64,000 nucleotides of DNA, taken from Octopus vulgaris (taxonomy: Eukaryota). The notes beneath the pieces were generated by a model. The model saw nothing but the letters and a program-made list of their open reading frames with translations, ran no database searches and was not told the DNA's origin. Made by a program: the position numbers and the translations under genes. Numbering within the stretch: position 1 is the stretch's first letter; every line of letters begins with the position of its first letter. Where the stretch lies: the NCBI GenBank assembly GCA_951406725.2, contig OX597825.1, positions 51,646,001 through 51,710,000 on the forward strand, given 5' to 3'. Of the stretch, positions 41,201 through 54,879 are shown one piece after another.

Positions 41201-41733
41201 AGAATTTCTTCCCAAAGTTTATGGTGTTTTCGAGGGGTGGTCCCTCGGTTTGTTTGTTTATTTCCCTGTGCATCTCCTCGTCGATGTTTTTATATTTTTC
41301 TTCATTAATGGATTTTAGATGGAAGAGTGCAAAACTGTCTGTCAGGTTCATTTGGTATTATTTTGATTTGGAATTTTCGTGGGATAATAATTGGTGTTTT
41401 GTTCATCCATCCCTCATAGCTATCTGCTTTGTTGGAATTTTTAATCATATTCCACAAAGCGAGTTTTCTATTATGGATATTTGTGTTCCAGATGTTCTCT
41501 CTTTTTCTTTTTGTTAGATTGTCTTGTGTAAGTATGACGTCCTGGTGAGTTTCATTTGGTGTACGTTGGTTGTTTGGTTTGTTTGTGAATAGCGACTTTA
41601 GTTTAGTGCATAGACTGTTTAAATCTTTACTAATTTATACTTGTTTATATTGATTTTTTTCACTTTCCCGAGCGTCAAACACCTGCTTGTTGTTCATGCA
41701 CCTGTCTTCGTCTTTCGTTTTTCTATAAATTTC

Positions 41734-41735
<2 letters not shown>
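38294..41735 (-). mobile_element. Penelope-like element (Neptune-like; RT, Cys linker, GIY-YIG), long but pseudogenised, flanked by (TA)n
   Basis: FYSLPKIHK, LRPII, VSFDVINLHTSIPH, SCHPRH, KKCGRSNCATC and NLIYVI...NYIGST (GIY-YIG). Frameshifted, and the RT catalytic segment is missing near 39400. Confidence 0.9.
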
Positions 41736-41806
<71 letters not shown>

Positions 41807-42049
41807 TCTGATTCACGTTTATTTATCTTATAATGATATAAGATAATATAATATAATATAATAAAACAATAATAGAATGTTAAATTTATTCTGATTGAAC
41901 TAGTACTTTCATGCATTAAATTTAATGCATGAAAGTACTAGTTCAATCAGAATGAACATTTAACATTCTATTATTTTATTTTGTTTTATTATATTATATT
42001 ATATTATCTTATATCATTATAAGATTGTAAATAAAACGTGAAAATCAGA
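41807..42049. repeat. Zero-loop palindrome centred at 41920/41921
   Basis: ...TGAACTAGTACTTTCATGCATTAAA|TTTAATGCATGAAAGTACTAGTTCA...; arms remain complementary with small indels out to TCTGATT/AATCAGA. Confidence 0.9.
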
Positions 42050-42111
42050 CAAGGTTGGAATTCCTTTTATTAATATATTCTTCTATACACAATCACACAC
42101 ACACGTATATA

Positions 42112-42205
<94 letters not shown>

Positions 42206-42406
42206 CTAGCAGAAATACACGGCGTTGCTCGGGATTAAAGCGGCATAGTTTATATATATACTACGGGTATGTTGAAACAGGTGATACAGAAAAGTGAAGC
42301 ATTGACGACAAAGCATTTCTAACGTAAATTTTAAAGCTTGGCATAAACGACAATCTCAGTTTAGCACGCTAATTCAGACAGAATTATCGTTTTTATAAGA
42401 ATGAGA
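42206..42406 (-). mobile_element. Short non-autonomous Helitron
   Basis: Minus strand: A|TCTCATTCTTATAAAA 5' end; 3' end CCCGAGCAACGCCGTG...CTGCTAG|T, similar to the end at 10786-10811. Confidence 0.7.
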
Positions 42407-42419
42407 TAGGTCATATCTG

Positions 42420-42727
42420 AAAGCAGTTCCAGGTGTTGTACGTGGTCTACTTCTGAAAGCTATTCTATTGGACCTCTGTGTACTCTGGCTTGATAAACGT
42501 TGTTTTAATGATTCAACATTAAGTACTGCAGCTGTTCTTGGGAAAGTCTCATCTGTCTCATCTGTCTTCTCTCTTGAGACTCTATTTGACGTGCTGCGCT
42601 ATGCCTTTGCTGATCTTGAGAAAGTTTCCTCTTCCTTATCTCTTGAGACTCTCGCCTTCCCTTTTCCGCATTCTATCCTTGCTTTATAGGTGTTTCTGGA
42701 GAGATTACATTTTCTCTTATGTGGCAT
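42420..42727 (-). pseudogene. Helitron Rep/helicase ORF N-terminus remnant with STPR-like 23-aa repeats
   Basis: ATG at 42727 gives MPHKRKCNLSRNTYKAR; after a frameshift, ESQEIRKRKLSQDQQRHSAARQI-ESQERRQMRQMRLSQEQ (period 23). Confidence 0.6.
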
Positions 42728-43470
42728 ATTTTTTACAATATTTTAAACTTAAAATTTTTAACATAGAAAAACATATATGTTAATCTCTATCTTTGTAATC
42801 AGTTGTATGTAGTATGTCTATAGTATGCAGTGTAAATTAACCAAATATAAGCAAATTGTAAATACCTTGCAACCTTGCAACTGCTGTGATAATTATGAAC
42901 TGATAATTGAACGGAAAATGCGTATTCTTATATACCTTGGACGTAATTGTTTTTTGTTAAGAGTTTCACCTCCAGCCGTTCTTGGCACATAAGCATATGC
43001 ATGTGTAGGTGTATGTGTGTGTTTAATAACATACGAAACTGGCGTGCAAACACACACACACACGCGCACACTCACAGACATACACATTCATATAGAAAAT
43101 GTGACGACACACGCACATACACTCTCACATTCAGGCACATACATATAGTAAGAGAGAAATATACAAAAATACATTCACACATGTCAGTCGTCACATGTGT
43201 ATGCATGGATGTGTGTGTGTGTTTAATAACCTACCTAACACGGAATCACAAATACATTCACAGAGACATATACACTCATACACCCATATACATACACTCA
43301 CTGACACAAAAACACTCATACACTCACACGCATAACCACTCATATAAAAAATGTGACGTTGTTGTCGAACGCGGAAACACACACACACTCTGACAGACAC
43401 ATGCAGTCATACACTCATACACATACAATGACACACACACATACACATTATCAGTTTTTATATGTACATC

Positions 43471-43528
<58 letters not shown>

Positions 43529-43686
43529 CATGTATGTATGTATATATGTATGCATGTATGTATGTATGTATGTATGTATGTATGTATGTATGTATGTATG
43601 TATGTATGTATGCATGTAAGTATGTATGTATATACGTTTATATGTTCGCTTTGCAAGATTTGTGATGTGAATTCGTGTGTTGAAAC

Positions 43687-44332
43687 AGATATTGCTGTAT
43701 TTGGAGATGGTCATGTTGCCAGTTTAGCCAATGAAAACACACGCTCGGCGTGCAGGTATAGAACCGATGAGCTCTTCTCTTTCAATATGTTCCCTCCAAT
43801 CCTCATAGGAGTGCTGGTAAATGAGCACAGGAGAAAATTTAAGGAAGAGAAAATCTCATCGGTTCTACACCAGCACGCCGAACAGGAACACGAGGGCTCA
43901 CTCTACAACATAGAGGTTAAAATCTTGTGCACACGTAGAACGGGCGCAACGCTTAGAAAAATTACTGAAGCTACGGAGATAGTAGAAGATAAACCTAGCG
44001 TAAATAGAAAACCAGAATGGAACACTAGCACACATCCCCAACACACCACAACGTTTGACAGAATAAGATCCCTACAAACTAATAAATAGTATGAAACTAA
44101 TACAAAAGACAGACAAATAAATGGAATTAAATAATTATATGCATAAGCAAAATATAATAAATTAAATTAATACAAAAAAAAAGAAAGTAAAGGACCACTG
44201 ATGAAAGAAATCTGGCAGCAATATAATTAATATAAAATAAAGCCGAAGCATGTGAACGCCAAATATATAGTGCGTGTGTGTTTCATTGGCTAAAGACGCA
44301 ACATGACCATCCCCAAATACGACAATATATCT
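43687..44332 (+). mobile_element. 5'-truncated PLE: GIY-YIG C-terminus plus pLTR, with an inverted 5' arm
   Basis: NEHRRK...SSVLHQHAEQEH...VKIL...LRKITEA..I...KPSVNRKPEW. 43687-43744 is an inverted copy of 44271-44332. Degenerate CTGATGA...GCC-GAAG-CATGT at 44198-44253. Confidence 0.75.
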
Positions 44333-44359
44333 ATCTATCGATCGATCTATCTATATAGA

Positions 44360-45965
44360 TGTGCTCGAATGCTTTGTTGAACTCATGGGCGGCAGGGACA
44401 TCCAATGGTGGATAGGGAGCTTTAGGGTGTTTTGGAGGTGATCGTCTAGAGTTCGTGAGTGGTCGTTAAGAAGGCTCTCGAAATGGGACTTCCAGCGATC
44501 AATAATTCTCTGGGTATAGGTTATCGTAGAGCTAGCTGCATTCTTCAGCCCACCAACTGATGACCTTGTGGGGCCGAAGATCTCCTTGGTTGATGACCTT
44601 GTGGGGCCGAAGATCTCCTTGGTCCGAATTGTTTTGCATCTTCTCTGCTTTTCTCTACCACCAGATGTTCTGAGCTTCTCTACTTCCTCGCTGGCATTCC
44701 ACTGATGCTTGCTGGTGTTTTCGTTTGTTCTCCGCAGTGGCATGATTCTCGAGGGTGAGGCGCATCCGGAGTTTTGCATCGATGAGATGGTTTCATCATT
44801 CTAGACACACCAACCTTGGCTCTTTCTGAGCAAAGTCGATCGTATCCTCAGCGGCAGCGGTCATGGCATCACGAAGGCTGGTCTAGCGATCCTCAATGGA
44901 GGTCGGCTCCGGGAGGTCCATCAGGTGTCTCTTAATGGATTCCCTGAAATCTTGGGATGCTTGTGAGTTCTGGCGTTTGGCGCAGAAAAAGCGACGAAGC
45001 AACGTATCCTTGCTGAAACACGCATTGATGGACGGTGGACCTTAATGTCAAGGTGAGAAATAAGAAGGCGGTGATCCGTCCAGCAGCCATGTGCAGAATG
45101 GGTGATATGTACATCTTATCTGGCCTTGAATCTTATCAGAACATAGTCGAGGATGTGCGAGTGTTTAGGACCGTGGGTGTTTTCATGTCATCTTTTGTCG
45201 GGTAGGGCGACGAAATAGGGAGTTGGTGATGAGTTGCGGAGGAGCTGGCCATTAGCATTGCATTTCCCAATGCTGTGATGGCCAAGAACACCGTTCCACA
45301 GAGAGCAGGGGCGTGCACAGACATCAGCGTAAGGTATCTGTCCCGAATGAGCAGGATACGAGCAGTTATCAGGTGTGGGGTCAGCAGATGGGACCAGTCT
45401 ATGTTGATCCACGTGTTTCGTTTTGATGGCAAAGCAACTCCATGGATGTGTGGTTCGATAGGATTCTTCCCTTTCTAAAAAATGGTGTATTTGGAACCAG
45501 TTTCTCTGAAGCTGCCTTCTCCGAGTAGCCTAGTCTCGCTCAAGGCTGCCACGTCGATGTTGAAGCATGCAACTTCCTAGCAGCCGAGGGCTGTACGTCG
45601 CACCGGGTGATTAATATCACTCTTGTCCTGGAGAGTGCGGATGTTCCAGAAATTGAGAGGCTGTGAAACAAAGGATTTAGTAGTCGATGGTGGATAGGTA
45701 CAAGTAGAGTTCTGACCGCTAAGTGGGAGTTCCGACCACTGAGTGGGAGATCCGCCAGCCGCGGAATGTTGGCCAGACCGAGTTGCCGTGTCCGATGTTT
45801 ACTCCAGCTTTTCTAGGTTCTCCTCCTTAAGGGGTAGGCGGCGGTAATCCTAAAAAGGCCAGCTGCTGAACTTCAATGTCACCGCTATTCATTGGAGAGC
45901 GACTATCGAAGATTCGCTGCCGATGTGTGGTCACGGACTAGAGGCTTCCAGCTTTCCAGACCTGC
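44360..45965 (-). mobile_element. RTE-clade LINE, 5' UTR plus APE endonuclease/linker, truncated and decayed
   Basis: NFWNIRTL...RRTAL...FNIDVAALSETRLLGEGSFRE, GKCNANGQLL, TKEIFGP, RWKSHFESLLN. Confidence 0.85.
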
Positions 45966-46454
45966 CTAAGCATTTCGCCCGGCGCGCTAACGTTTCTGCC
46001 AGCTCGCAGCCTTAAAACTATGATATGTAGTTTGTGCCTGAAGAATATGTTTGAGATATTTCTCAACATATGAAACTATATGTAGCACCTAAAGACATAC
46101 ATTAGGTCCTTCAACTAAACACATGCACACATACACACACACATACATATCTTATGCACACACACTTATCTATAGGACACCGGCACTATCCAATTTTCTT
46201 TTGTCTTCCAGTCCAAGTCATTAAAGCATCATACAAATGCCTTTCGGCATTCTTCTGTCTCTTTGCATTGTCAGTTTAGATTTCACCAAGGTCAACTTTT
46301 CCTTCCATCGCTTCAGGTTCGATAAAATAACGTACTCATTCCTGGGCGTGAGCCTCTGCTATATATATAATATAATATAATGTAATATAATATAATATGA
46401 TATAATATATATGGACACACACATGTGGGTGAGTGTATGTGTTTATATACATGT

Positions 46455-46490
<36 letters not shown>

Positions 46491-46681
46491 TTCATGAGCA
46501 ATCAGGAATTTCCTTTATAAAACAATATTGGAAACTTCGCCGATCCCTCTACTAGTGCCTACATACAGGTAGGATGAAGATGTTCATTACCCCCGATAGT
46601 GAAAACGCAAAACATCACTTATTACATAACCATATTTAAAACACAACCTGCTCCGACAATAGTATACAATCATATAGATAT

Positions 46682-46736
<55 letters not shown>

Positions 46737-46737
46737 C

Positions 46738-46797
<60 letters not shown>

Positions 46798-48919
46798 ACA
46801 TATATATATAAATAAATATAAGTATATATATGTATATATATATATATACATATATATATATGTACACACACACACACACATACATATATATACACATTTA
46901 CATATCTTTATGTATAAACTTGATCACTACGAAGTGTATTCTATATGTAGAATATTTGTCTCTCATCTATAAACTACGTGTATCTGTGTGTATGTGTATA
47001 TACTTCACATGTATGACGCATATCATATACGTATCTCTAAAGGTTTTACAGATAAATGCATACATACATAGATGCACACACACATGTACTATAATATAAA
47101 TACATACACACATGTACTATAATATAAATGCATACATACATACACATATATATATATAGATATATATATGTGTGTGTGTGCACATACACACACACACACA
47201 CACATACATAGGTATTACCTTTTTCCAGAACATCGTGGCACATAATGATACATTTTTGTGTTCTTACATTTAATCACACATCCTTATATACACATCCTTA
47301 TATACGCAGATGTGAATATATATATATTGTGAATCTTATAAAACTCTGCTTAGTTGTGGAGCTACAAATGACTAAGTTTTTATGTGATGCATGAAAGTAC
47401 ATTCGCACAGAACCTTACCATTCTGAATGTGTGTCTACATATATATATGTGTGTATATGTATGTGTGTGTATGAGTCTGTCTGTGACTTTGTTTGTGTAT
47501 GTATACATATATATAGACACACACATATATATATTTATACTGCAACGCTAAAAAATAACTAGAAAATACAAACACTCGTAAATCATACAGTAGTACCACT
47601 GTTTATGGCGTTGATCCGTTATTGGTAGTCTATGGTGCGTATTTATAGTTATATGGAGGTAGCCGTTGATAGATAAATGTCTAATCTTCGAAAAGAAAAA
47701 TGGCAAACATTCATGCTCATATTCAGCACACATATTCAATTACTAACAGATATTGCAATAAAGTTAAAGAACGTTTACATCTACATACATCAATTTATCA
47801 TGTAAGAGAGCAAACAAATCCAAACAACACTTAAAACCTGTTATAATTATTCATATGAGATAGTATAATACATATTTCCTTCGCTTTTACAGGTTCCGAC
47901 AATCACATGACATGTTTCAACCATCAACTCACTACGCCATGCTCTATCTACCTCAATGCTTAAAACCAGTTTTACAAATATTGCGACAGGTTTTATTCTA
48001 ATATTTGCTGTTTAGGTTTTCGAGAATTTTCATAGATTTCTTCAAACATGACCTGACTTCCATTTGATAACCAGGCACACATGTTATTGTTCCTTGCACA
48101 TAATTCTCCCGTTCGTTTATAGTTGTGACTTCAAAGGGCAACATGTGTGGCAGGAAGCCGTGATATTCCTATGTGACATGTCGCATTAAATCGTCGTGTT
48201 TAAACAAGTTTTCCATTTATCATTATATTTATGGTTCAACCGAAATCAGGAAAGAGAAAGGAAAAGTAAAATATCCACAACACCAGTAGCAACAACAATA
48301 ATAATGATAGTAAGAACACAAACAACTAGAACATCCTTATCATGAATAACAACAACAGTAGAAACGTCAACAATATAATCTGAATCAGTCTTTGATTTCA
48401 TGCAACAATTCGACTATGGTTGGCATAGCGTGGGAGATGTAATCGGATATGAAGACAGATCTATAACGTTCGGCCGTCTAAATGGCAACTAGACTATCTG
48501 ATTGCTAAATTGAAGAGGCGCAGATGTTAAATAAAACAAGAAGCCTAAACATATTATCCTGTACTGATTCGGTGGGGAAACTAAGCCAGAATGGAAGATA
48601 GATTTATTGATTACACTTACTACCACCCTCACCACCTCTTTCTGTTTTTCATATTTTTTCACTCTCTCCAATACGGAGAAGTCTCAAACTGCAGGCATGT
48701 TCGATGGTATCGACTTCCAGTTAATTGCTGGCTTCACGGCTTATAATGGCAAATTCGAAAGCAACAGAAACACTTAAAGCAGAGCAACAAATTTTGCGTT
48801 TTGGAGCTGTAGTTGCGTTCAAGATACATAGCTACAAATTTAATTCTACAGTACCCTGACTCGTACCACTCATCAATTTTATGTGTCTGTGCGTACGTGC
48901 ATAAAGCTCATACTGTGAG

Positions 48920-48980
<61 letters not shown>

Positions 48981-49203
48981 ATATGTATGTATGTATGTGT
49001 GTGTGTGAGTGTGTATGTGTGTGTTTGTGTGTGTATGTATGTATATAATGCATATATAGTACAACACTGTAAATATTTATGACAATATATATATGTAAAA
49101 CTATGAATATTTATATACGTATATCTATATAAATATACGCATGAGTGTATATACATTACATGTAAGTATATACATATGTACATGCCTATATATGTATATA
49201 TAT

Positions 49204-49249
<46 letters not shown>

Positions 49250-49473
49250 GTATGGATATATGTGTATTTATATGTACATATATATATTTCAATATGTATG
49301 TATGTATGTATATGCATTTATATAAATGTATGTATTCATATATGTATATATATATATATATGGCAATCTTCATATCCTAGTTAACATGGATGCTTTGTTA
49401 GAATGCTATGAGAGTACTGGTGTGTGCATACATACATACATACACACACAAATACACGCAAGCACACACACTG

Positions 49474-49526
<53 letters not shown>

Positions 49527-50149
49527 CGTGTATGTAAGGGAAATAGAACCGAACACAAACACACGCATATTCATATAGATATTAACCCATACATATGTAT
49601 GTGTATCCAACTAAAAATAATTGGCCAATACTTTCACCATAGTCTACACTTAGCTGTTATCTGTCTTTTGTTTATATTGATCGGTCAGTCTATTTATATT
49701 AGCTCTAAAAATACTCCCACTTTTTCACCGCTTATCTTTTATACAATTGCTCATCAATATTCATTACACTTTATGATCTCAATTAAGCGATCTTGTTCGT
49801 TGTATTTGTTTATTTTGTTTTGTATTGGTTATTAAGTTAAGAGATTAGTGGACCACAAATACACACACATTCACCAATATACATACTTACACCAGACACG
49901 CATCTCAATACACTTACTCACAGATTCATTCATATAAGCGCATATTTTCATCTATACATACACATGTAGACTTAAAACAAACATACTCCGTGTTCTTTCC
50001 GTTACATAAATAATATTGTTATAAATAAACTTGCAGCAATTCGAAATTGCAATCCTAATGCTTTACGAGACCTGTAAAAGTTTCTAAAGCTGCTTGCTGT
50101 AATCCACTAACTGTTACTATGAATGAACGATCTAATATTTGACATGTAA

Positions 50150-51290
50150 CCAGTGTGGCATGATGCTATTAGGAAATCTGTACTAAGTAATTATAGAGGC
50201 AAAAAATAGCATACCAGTAATTACTCACTGACACAAGCTGAAATACTTTTAATACCACGCACACAACGAAATTACCCCAATAGCACAAGGTTATATACTT
50301 CTGATTAAACAGGGATGCAATAACTTCGATAGGTACAGTCTACAAGAAATGCTGATAGAAGTGGAATGAATTAGATTACGATGAAATAATGTCCGTAATC
50401 AAATTATCCTCTGCAATGTAATAGAAACAATTAGTTAAGAGTTGTGAATACATAGAATACTAGAAAGAATCTTAGAATGAATGAACCATGATTGTTTGGA
50501 AGAATTACGTGCAACTGATCAGTTTAGGGAATCATATAATAAACTAGAGAGAAAGTACCATATAAAGCAAAGAAGGCCTGGCAGTGATGTATAGAAAAAG
50601 GGCAACAAAGAATGTATGTGAAAAAAGTTAACATTAAGCGGTATGGACAACTAATATATCAATGTAGGTAAAACGGCACATTTAGTATTTACCTGAATAA
50701 AATTTATCATGAATTAATATGAAGTATCAGACACAGATTTGGGGTTACAGAGGCTGAAATGACGTTCGAGGAACAATAGAGAATATCAATGTACAATTTG
50801 AGTGGTTAGAATAATTATAAGACGTAAAGTAGTTTCTACCCAAGACGATATACAGATTAAGGAAATGGTTGAGAGTAAAAACATTGTCATAAAATCTTCA
50901 GATGGAAAATAACGGGGACAGGTAATGGCCTACTTTACTGGTTCAAGAAATTGGTCTCCTTACTCAAAGGGATTGCTGTGTTGCTAGTTGATTTCTTAAA
51001 TAATAACAAATACTCTCTATAGATGACACAAGGGAAACAATGATTGTTTGAAATTGCCGGCAAAACGAATGCCAACACGAACAAAATCGTTAACTACAGA
51101 GCCGTAAATGCAAACAATAAAAACATAATGGGCCACATAAACCACATAAACCAAAATACAAGCATCACCCAACAACTACATTACAGTCCACCAAACTTTA
51201 ACATCGTTCAAACATCACAAAATTTTAGGAAATGCATAACCCAAAAGAATAGGAGACTTTAAGGCAAATATAAACAAAAGACTATTTAAA
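50150..51290 (+). mobile_element. Decayed, internally deleted R4/Dong-like remnant
   Basis: Remnants WKITG...YWFKKL...NYRA resemble the pre-RT region at 58374-58560. Confidence 0.45.
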
Positions 51291-51399
51291 ATCTGAGGGC
51301 ACATTCAAAGCTGGCATGCGGGACAAAACACTTGTCTCTTCATAGGAATAAAGTAAGAGATATTTTCTTTTACCCTCTTGACAAATATGGTTATGCTCA

Positions 51400-52413
51400 A
51401 AATACGTATTGTGAGTGCGCGTGGCCTGGATACAAATTTGAACAGGTTCATTAGCTCAATTGCCTCCTGTGGTTGCCATCAGCGAGACCAGAGCTTCTGA
51501 TTCACAAGTTATGCCTATTTTTGGTGGAAACGAGATTTATTCATCTCCAAGTCAATCGGGCGAGTGAGATGGAGTTAGAATGTTGTTACAGTAAGGTCTA
51601 CATTCATGATACGGACCATTTCCTTGGTCTAATTGGTGGAACTGAATGTAAGCAGTAGTGAAGAGGGTACCTTCAGACTAGTAGTTATTTATGCTCTGCT
51701 AGGTTTGAAACAACCAGATTTCTTCAGGTGTCTGGAGGTTTTCCTGTGAACTTTCTGTTCTTTCACGCTAGTGGAGCGCGATTCTTGGGCGCTCACTAAT
51801 AGGAGAATGGTGCAAAAGCGTCGTAAACATGCTCAGAGTATTCTCATCACCAGTTTATAAAGATAGCTTAGGTTGTTCATATTTTAAAATCTTGGGCTTT
51901 ACAGATAAAAAAATTGTGATTTGTGCGTTCGATCTGGACAGATTTTATAAGCAGGAAGCCCTTTATTCAAAGCCGCATGCTTCAGTACAACTGGCCAAAG
52001 ATCCAGAAACTACATTAATGAACTTGTTAAGCAGGTGTCGACTGGGGCAATCGTCAACAATAAATCGTGGTTTTCCTTGATAAGGGTGATCAAAAAAATA
52101 GAATAGAGTCTGAAACATGTTTAGGAAATTCATTGCAACCGATGTGCTCACGACGAGATGGGCCCTGAACCAATTCTTCAGCAAAGGCTCATTGATTATA
52201 GTATCTAAACAAAGGCGCGTGCTCTAAGATGCGATGTGACAGGAAGCGCTCGATGGACTCAGCCAAGGACAACGTAGCAACAATCAGAATTTGGTCTTTG
52301 GTGGACAATAATTGACACATGCTACTTGAGCCCGAGCAAATGCGTACGGCATTTCACCAACACTTCGCTCGAATTTTCTGGATGAACGGCGGGCCGGCAT
52401 GCAAGAACTGCAA
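51400..52413 (+). mobile_element. L1/Tx1-like LINE ORF2 APE endonuclease plus linker fragment
   Basis: VVAISETR, FRLVVIYAL, FFRCLEVFL, LDR, LLEPEQMRTAFHQHFARIF. Confidence 0.65.
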
Positions 52414-52670
52414 GCCCATATATATATATGTATGTCTGTGTATATGTTAGTGTGTCTATGTTTGCCCCCCCCACACACACACACAACATTGCTTGACAAC
52501 CGATGCTGGTGTGTTTACGTCTCCGTAACTTAGCAGTTCGGCAAAAGAGACCGATAGAATAAGTACTAGGCTTACAAAGAATAAGGCCTGGGGTCGATTT
52601 GCTCGACTAAAGGCGGTGCTCCAGCATGACCACAGTCAAATGACTGAAACAAGTAAAAGAGTAAAAGAGA
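52414..52670 (+). mobile_element. SINE family 1, 3' half
   Basis: Matches about 255-510. Confidence 0.9.
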
Positions 52671-54609
52671 ATAACTGCATTTTGGGTGTACGTCATTTTT
52701 CTAAAAAATATGTTCTTGAAAGTTTCCGCTAAGAAAGTTTTGATCTTATGTTTTTCGTATGAATCTTCCTGTCTCGGCTTTTAGTTCTAATATCTTCAGC
52801 CTCAAATGGATCTTTTTCTGATTTATATTGGTTGCTTTGCATCGGTGTAGTTACTGTCATTGTCGAGTTTTTTGTCGCCATCAGTCTCGTAATTGCTTTA
52901 GCCTTGCATTTTCACTAGGTGCTTGATGTTTCTAGCATGGATGGCATTAGGTTTTTCTCTGTTGCTCACTTATTTCATAGTCTTGCATTAAATTCAGTCG
53001 CATATTTTTTTACCTTTTATTGCTATTGAGTGGATATTTGTTTCGTGCTGTAGAACGTACTGCAACATACAATCTTCTTAGACATCTAAATAACCATAAT
53101 GCTTTTCTTTGTTTTTTTTTTTGTGTGTGTTCAACTTTTGCCATTTTTCTGCTTACCTTATTTCTCCGAAGTTACAGACAACGGTCATCTGTCTTAGGAA
53201 GACACATTGTGCCCCATATCAATATCTTTTGAATACGTTTAATTTTGTGTATGTTCCAGTTGACGATGTTAAAGATGTAAGTTGCAATTAATAGAAATTT
53301 ATGGCACTTATTGTAGTATACATTCTATTCAGTTTCAGGATGACTTAGTAATTAGTTTCAAACGACTCTTAGCTCGGGGACTGCTATAGAAAACTTGACC
53401 AGGTAGTGCTACTGAAGAGCTCTACTGATTCGAGAGAGAGAGAGAGAGAGAGAGACATAGAAGTGTCTTCAGTCGGGCCTGTCTAAGATGTTCGAAGAGT
53501 GACTACATTTTCCGCGCCCGCTCGCTCACATTATCGGCATTTCTAACTAGTGGAATTATATCGAACTGCTGTGGTAAAGATTCTGCTATAAACCGAGTTC
53601 ATCGAGATGTCTTCCACATATCGCTGTCCTTCTTTAACTTGGTAGGTAAGGCAATTTTGTTCTCCCTGGTGGCTATAACGAAGGAGGCATGAGGACATAA
53701 AGGATCGTACTCTTTGATAGAACCCTCATCGAATATTTCAAGTTTCACTTTAAAAGAATAGTGACGGTGAACAAGGAAGTGCTGCCCAAGAGATCATTAT
53801 GAGAGATTTGGATAAGAGTGATGAAAAAGGCACAGAATGGACCAGTCGGAGAAATAAAATGAGAGAGATTGGGAAGGGCATTTGCCCTTGTTATTCAGAG
53901 AGATTTCGATGGTAGACTTCCCAGATTGATAGTCTAGGTTGTTCAGTATCAAGAGAATATCATAAGTATTATCCACCTCCTCATCATCCTCTTCTCAGTG
54001 TTGTAAACTACATATACATATATTTCATAATTTCTATTATTTATTCGATTTTATGTAAATCTTCTACACTTCGTGTCTGTTTTTGCATCGTCCCCATCAT
54101 CCGTCCTCACCTTGAATTATTACTATTAGAATTATTACGATTGATATTAGAATTGTCAATTGAGCTTGAAAGGAAGAAAGACACAAAATATTAATATTAT
54201 TGCTTCGTCAATGAATCGATCTGTTCTTGGCAATAACTTCTGCTAAATCTCTAGATAGGATTTCTTGTGTTGTCGAAATTTGAAGATATTGTGAATAAGA
54301 GATTTTAACTATGTTATCCAACTATCTCAGTCACATATTTAACTAAATTAGATTAAAGAAATATAGTTTTCTGCAAATATTGTTTTCAACTTTTAGGATT
54401 TTAGACATTTCTATAGCAAGGTTTCGTTGTTAGAAATCACACCTCACCAAAGCTGCATCAAAGTTTCTCACGGTCCGCTGTTAGATTTGCCGATTCTTTT
54501 TTGATCATCAAAGCTGCATTTCATATGTACTTATTTCTGCGGTAGATTCTGTTTTGAGAAACCACTACGTAGTAACTAGATTAAATGCAACGTCTCTAAT
54601 ATGATACAG

Positions 54610-54879
54610 CACGTCATTGTAGTTAGAAGAACAATTTATCATTCCGCTGCAGCAGTGCTAAACGCGACACTATAAATATTCTCAGTAAATATTCATCAGA
54701 GCAGACAAACTTTCCAAAACATTCTAATTGTTTAAATGTCTTTCTAAATCGCATTTGTGTTTTTGACGATTCCTTTGATTACCAAATAAACTTCATTATG
54801 TTCCGTCGTTAAGAAATTGAAGCAGAAGTTTTAACAGTTTCTATTAAAACTACATGAAACTGTATTGTTACAAGTAAGT
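54610..54879 (+). promoter_or_regulatory. Candidate promoter and short first exon A of an unidentified gene
   Basis: CACGTCA (CRE-like) at 54610, TATAAAT at 54671, ATG at 54854 (MKLYCY..), donor AA|GTAAGT at 54873/54874 (phase 2). Motif evidence only. Confidence 0.3.

Noticed and set aside
43514-44089. 191-aa ORF
   Set aside because: It is a chimera of a microsatellite, an inverted PLE arm and a GIY-YIG C-terminus, not a host gene.
44198-44254. CTGATGA...GCC-GAAG-CATGT in a PLE 3' region
   Set aside because: The position suits a pLTR hammerhead, but GAAA, the cleavage triplet and stem I are broken, so it is not called as a ribozyme.
44558-44623. 33-bp direct repeat (two copies) overlapping CTGATGA
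   Set aside because: It is a simple in-frame tandem duplication within RTE coding sequence (TKEIFGPTRSS twice); no spacer, so not CRISPR, and no hammerhead fold.
47072-47135. Short tandem duplication (another at 27038-27066)
   Set aside because: Ordinary slippage duplications with no further structure.
51963-52184. Protein-looking minus-strand ORF (73 aa)
   Set aside because: It lies antisense to the L1/Tx1 endonuclease remnant on the + strand.
53413-53473. ACTGAAGA...TCTTCAGT around a (GA)n tract
   Set aside because: Only an 8-bp inverted match, with no GAAA or stem I for a hammerhead.
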